Positions 60,181 through 64,000 of a DNA stretch of 64,000 bases are shown one piece after another. Source of the DNA: Chrysomallon squamiferum (taxonomy: Eukaryota; Animalia; Mollusca). The notes under the pieces are model-generated. The model did not search any database. It was not told where the DNA came from and saw only the letters and a list, made by a program, of their open reading frames with translations. The position numbers were made by a program, and so were the translations under genes. The DNA lies in contig CM022665.1 of assembly GCA_012295275.1 (NCBI GenBank), positions 9,858,001 through 9,922,000 on the forward strand. Reading direction: 5' to 3'. How positions within the stretch are numbered: position 1 is the stretch's first letter; the number at the start of each line of letters is the position of its first letter.

Positions 60181-61973
60181 AACAGCAATCTTTAGTTCTG
60201 AAATTTGCACAGATAGTTTAGGTCTGCAGGTGTGTATCAGTGAGTAGAGAATATAAAAGCTGAACAAAACGGACACAGAAATGATATCAAGTTAAATATA
60301 GAAACAGAAAACATAGAAGAAGATTCATTACAATGGACAAACGTCTAGACAGTAGAAAAATACTTTAGTATCAGATATTTCAAATTAAGTCATTTTAGTC
60401 AACCTAAATTGCTTTTCGTTTTCTTAATTACAACACTGATATATGATAATTAAATATTGAAACATCAATCAGCATCTTTTTTCAAAACGAAAACTGTGCT
60501 TTCTCACGCAAGAAGAAATATTATAACAAAACAAAAACAGTGGGAAATAAAATTTCAATTTCCGTGTTAATTAATATCCCCACGATTGTCCAGTTACTAA
60601 TCTGTGGTCATTTATTTTGCATTGTCCTGCTGTAAATCTCAAATCTGTGATCATTTAATTTGTATTATTCAGGTACAAACCTCTATTAACAATCATTTGT
60701 TGTCTATTGATTTCCTTCAGCCGAATCTGATATGAGGTCTCAGAATTAATTTTTCACAATCCACAATCACGTTATTTATGCTGTGAGTAACTGCAGTCCC
60801 AGCTGTGTATGATAGACAGACATAGGTTACTTACAGACTGATCTCGCGAGACCTTTGCCTCGAGGTGATGCGATTAAGAGGCTCTGAACTAAGACATCAT
60901 ACCAAAAATAATTGTTACCGCCACGGGTTCGGCTCTTGATAATATTCTTATAGCCAAGAGATAACAAGCCATGATGGTTAATGCAAGATTGCTCAGCCTT
61001 GCAGACATATCGGAAACATCGTGCGTGTTAAAGTGTTAAACCAGAGTTAATTGAAATACTCAAACAATGTTCAAGTCTGTAGCGTAACGCCACACCAGGT
61101 TAGAACTCCACCACAGCAGATTGTCTGGCTGCAGTCAGGCATTAGAACCGATACTAAGACTTGGTGACTTCATTTTAACGACAGGAAGCATTCTCGATAG
61201 TCGCTTAAATTATAAATACGATTTATGGGAAAGCAGTCCCTGCCTTTGCAAGAAATGACACGTTCCTGAATACGTAAACTTTCATAATTTAATCAGCTGT
61301 TTAGAACTGCACGTCATCCAAAAGACGATCTGTGGATAATTTAAAACAGAGATGAAAAAAAAAAAAAATACGTGTGCTTTCATTTTTTAATAATTTTTTT
61401 TAAATGTTCGTATGTCTGGAAGAGACAAGAACAAATTATTTTAAAATTTTTTTATATATATATATACCATTTGGTATGATTGAGTTAATTTTTAACATTT
61501 TAAAATTATTTTTCTCTTCACAATATTGATCCAGGATTTGCGAGTTATTATTATTATTATTCCTTTTTTTTAAATCTCCTTCGGCAAGCCATTTTATTTT
61601 AGTTTCTTTAAATTTTTCTCTTTTTTTTTCTTTTTCCTTTTTCTTTTTATCTTTTATTAAATTTTTTCTTTTATTTTTTGCTATCGTTTTTCTTTTGGAA
61701 ATACGTTTTATTTTTTACACAAAATTTTTCGGCTGGGATATCCGTCTGAAACGTTTTATAATTTGAAAACATTGTTTTCTTATACCGGGAAAAAAAAAAG
61801 AAATGTTGTACTTGAAAAAAGTTTAAGTATCTTAAATTGACATTAACCTTTAAATTGTACTGGTTCTATGTAGACAGTTTTTTTTTTCAAAAATCTAACA
61901 ATTCGAATTATTAACAAAACATGTTTTCACCTTGAACAGAAAGGTCTAATACAGTTATCCAAAGTTTCCTAAA

Positions 61974-62010
<37 letters not shown>

Positions 62011-62599
62011 CTAATTCTTGGATTTGGATTTTTCAGAAACGTCCATTTTTCTTTCTACTGAAATCACTTGGGTATAAACTTCAAAATGTTCAGTTCTAGG
62101 TCCCGTATTTTTTATACGTAACCCAATTCAAAGTGAAAGTTTTTTCTTCTTCCTTTCTTCCCTATGTTTTTTTTTTTTTTTTTTTTTAAATTAATCTTTT
62201 TTTTTCTTTTTTTTTTTCTTCTTTTTTTTTATTGTGGTGATCTGTATTTCGTCTGAAGTTGAAGTTAGGTAGACATACAATGATGTCACTTAAATCCATT
62301 ACCTAGTGGTATAGGTCATTAAATTTTATATGGGAACTAGCATGATAAAAAAAAAGAGCATCACTAACAATTTTGATATTTGTTAACACGATTCCTCATG
62401 GATGGTTGAAAGAAGTGGATCAGTATAATGGTCGTGTACGTGTTTCATGTATTCACTGATGAAAAATGTAAAACAAAATAGATATATATATATATATATT
62501 TATCCATCCTGTCATCCATATATGCATCTCATGGTGAAGTGTCCAGAACAAGATTTATCTATTTATCAATACATCCTAGCTGTTCACAGGTTTGAATTA

Positions 62600-62870
62600 C
62601 CATGATAGAGCACTAAGGCGTGATAAGTCGAAGGATGAGTTCTTCCCGATTCTTCCAGTGAACTGTTTTTCTCATTCCAGCTGGTGCCTTTGACTTGTTT
62701 TTAAAGGGGATTAACAAACAAGAAAAATAAAAAAAACAAAAATCCCTTGCTACAAATCAATAAAGAGTCTATAGCAGGCGACAGCTCTTTGTGTCTACGG
62801 ACATTAATCAAGCATATTACCGTATAATTAAAAAATATGTCAAGTACATCATTAAATGAATTACAACTTT
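62600..62870 (+). mobile_element. Degenerate SINE-like repeat
   Basis: TAGAGCACT..TTTCTCATTCCAGCTGGTGC..ATCCCTTGCT..GGCGACAGC..ATTAAATGAA. Confidence 0.5.
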
Positions 62871-63267
62871 TCTTACTAACGTTTAAAAAAAAAAAAAAAA
62901 AAAACAGTTTTCGATCTCTCAGTAGTTATATATCCGTAATTAAGTTCAACTGAATTTTGATTTTATTTTTTTTGTTTTAAAAATCATTTTCAGAAAATGA
63001 AATTCCTCTATCCTAAAAGTTCAATTAACTGAAAATAATGATTTAAGTTCTTTTTCCTTTTTTTTTTTATTTTTTTTTTTTTAAATTTTTCAATGTAATT
63101 TCACCAGTGAATTGAACGCAATGGGCAATATAATTGCTTTCTACATAGTAACTATGTTAATTCTCTCTTCACGTTTGGCAAGAAAGGATAACGTTTTTAT
63201 TATTTTTATTATTATTTTTATTTTTATTATTTAGTTATTTTACTGTTTATTTTATTTTATTTTATTT

Positions 63268-63302
<35 letters not shown>

Positions 63303-64000
63303 ACTGAATATATATGTGATTAAACACTGAACAGCACGAAAACTTCTTCGAAGATGAGGTTTGGTCTCATCGCTAAATTACATACATACACACATATATG
63401 CAAATATAATCTAGTTAATAATTAATACAGTTAGGAATAAGAGACATGCATGGAATGAATTTCAAACATCTATCTAAATGGTTGCATTACTACACATTTG
63501 GAGTGATTTAGTCCATTATTTTTTATTACAAATAAATCGAAGTTTAATTATATTTGAAATACGACCATTAGTATTACGACTACAAGACTACAACTACTAC
63601 TACAACTGTTACTACTAAAACTACTACTGCTATTGCTACTACTATCACTACTACTACAACAGCAACAACACAACTACTACTACTACTAGTACTGTACTCC
63701 TACTACTGCTAATAACAATAATGAAGATTTATTTATTTATTTATTTATTTACTCATTTATTTTTGCCTCCTTAAACACGCCTGCCACTTGGTCATGGTGA
63801 ATAAATAGCAATTAGTATCATAGAATTCCGCAAAGGGGTCAGAAAACGAACAGAAAAATAAGTCTGATCTGTTGACTCGATGCAGTACTGCATTATTAAC
63901 TTCGTTAATTCTGAGACATTAACTTTGTCAAAAGCTGTGATTTAAGTGACAAACAATTTCCGGTTTCTTTCAACTAACCGTAAGTGACTTTGTGAGAATA

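Noticed and set aside
59501-64000. Search for GGNG exon 3 at acceptor-like sites (about 60672, 60720, 62036, 62589, 62680)
   Set aside because: None continues the frame as G-N-G-K-R; the exon is presumably beyond the window.

Overview
AT-rich animal genomic DNA, dense in microsatellites and without prokaryotic features; most likely a mollusc (probably a gastropod), inferred from the neuropeptide type and the repeat landscape. Almost all ORFs in the supplied track are artefacts of low-complexity sequence. Two spliced + strand genes were assembled by hand. (1) A complete 5-exon gene (CDS 20750-24537, 337 aa): signal peptide, basic Pro/Gln/Arg-rich region with three 10-aa repeats, and a C-terminal Spaetzle-like cystine-knot domain. 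(2) The 5' part of a GGNG/excitatory-peptide (EP; CCHamide-related) neuropeptide precursor: signal-peptide exon 49035-49113, a 10.3-kb intron, and a 42-nt exon 59459-59500 encoding GKCRGRWDIHACYGG; the rest lies beyond the window. That intron holds a hAT-like MITE, a CRE cluster and a possible decayed antisense GPCR relic. The first ~15.8 kb is visibly CpG-depleted (probably a methylated gene body) and contains a CpG-retaining island over a candidate minus-strand coding exon (8700-8795). Also present: an unidentified decayed reading frame near 31 kb, GC-rich-TIR MITEs, many degenerate SINE-like copies, minisatellites and a local tandem duplication. All family assignments come from motif recall, not database searches.
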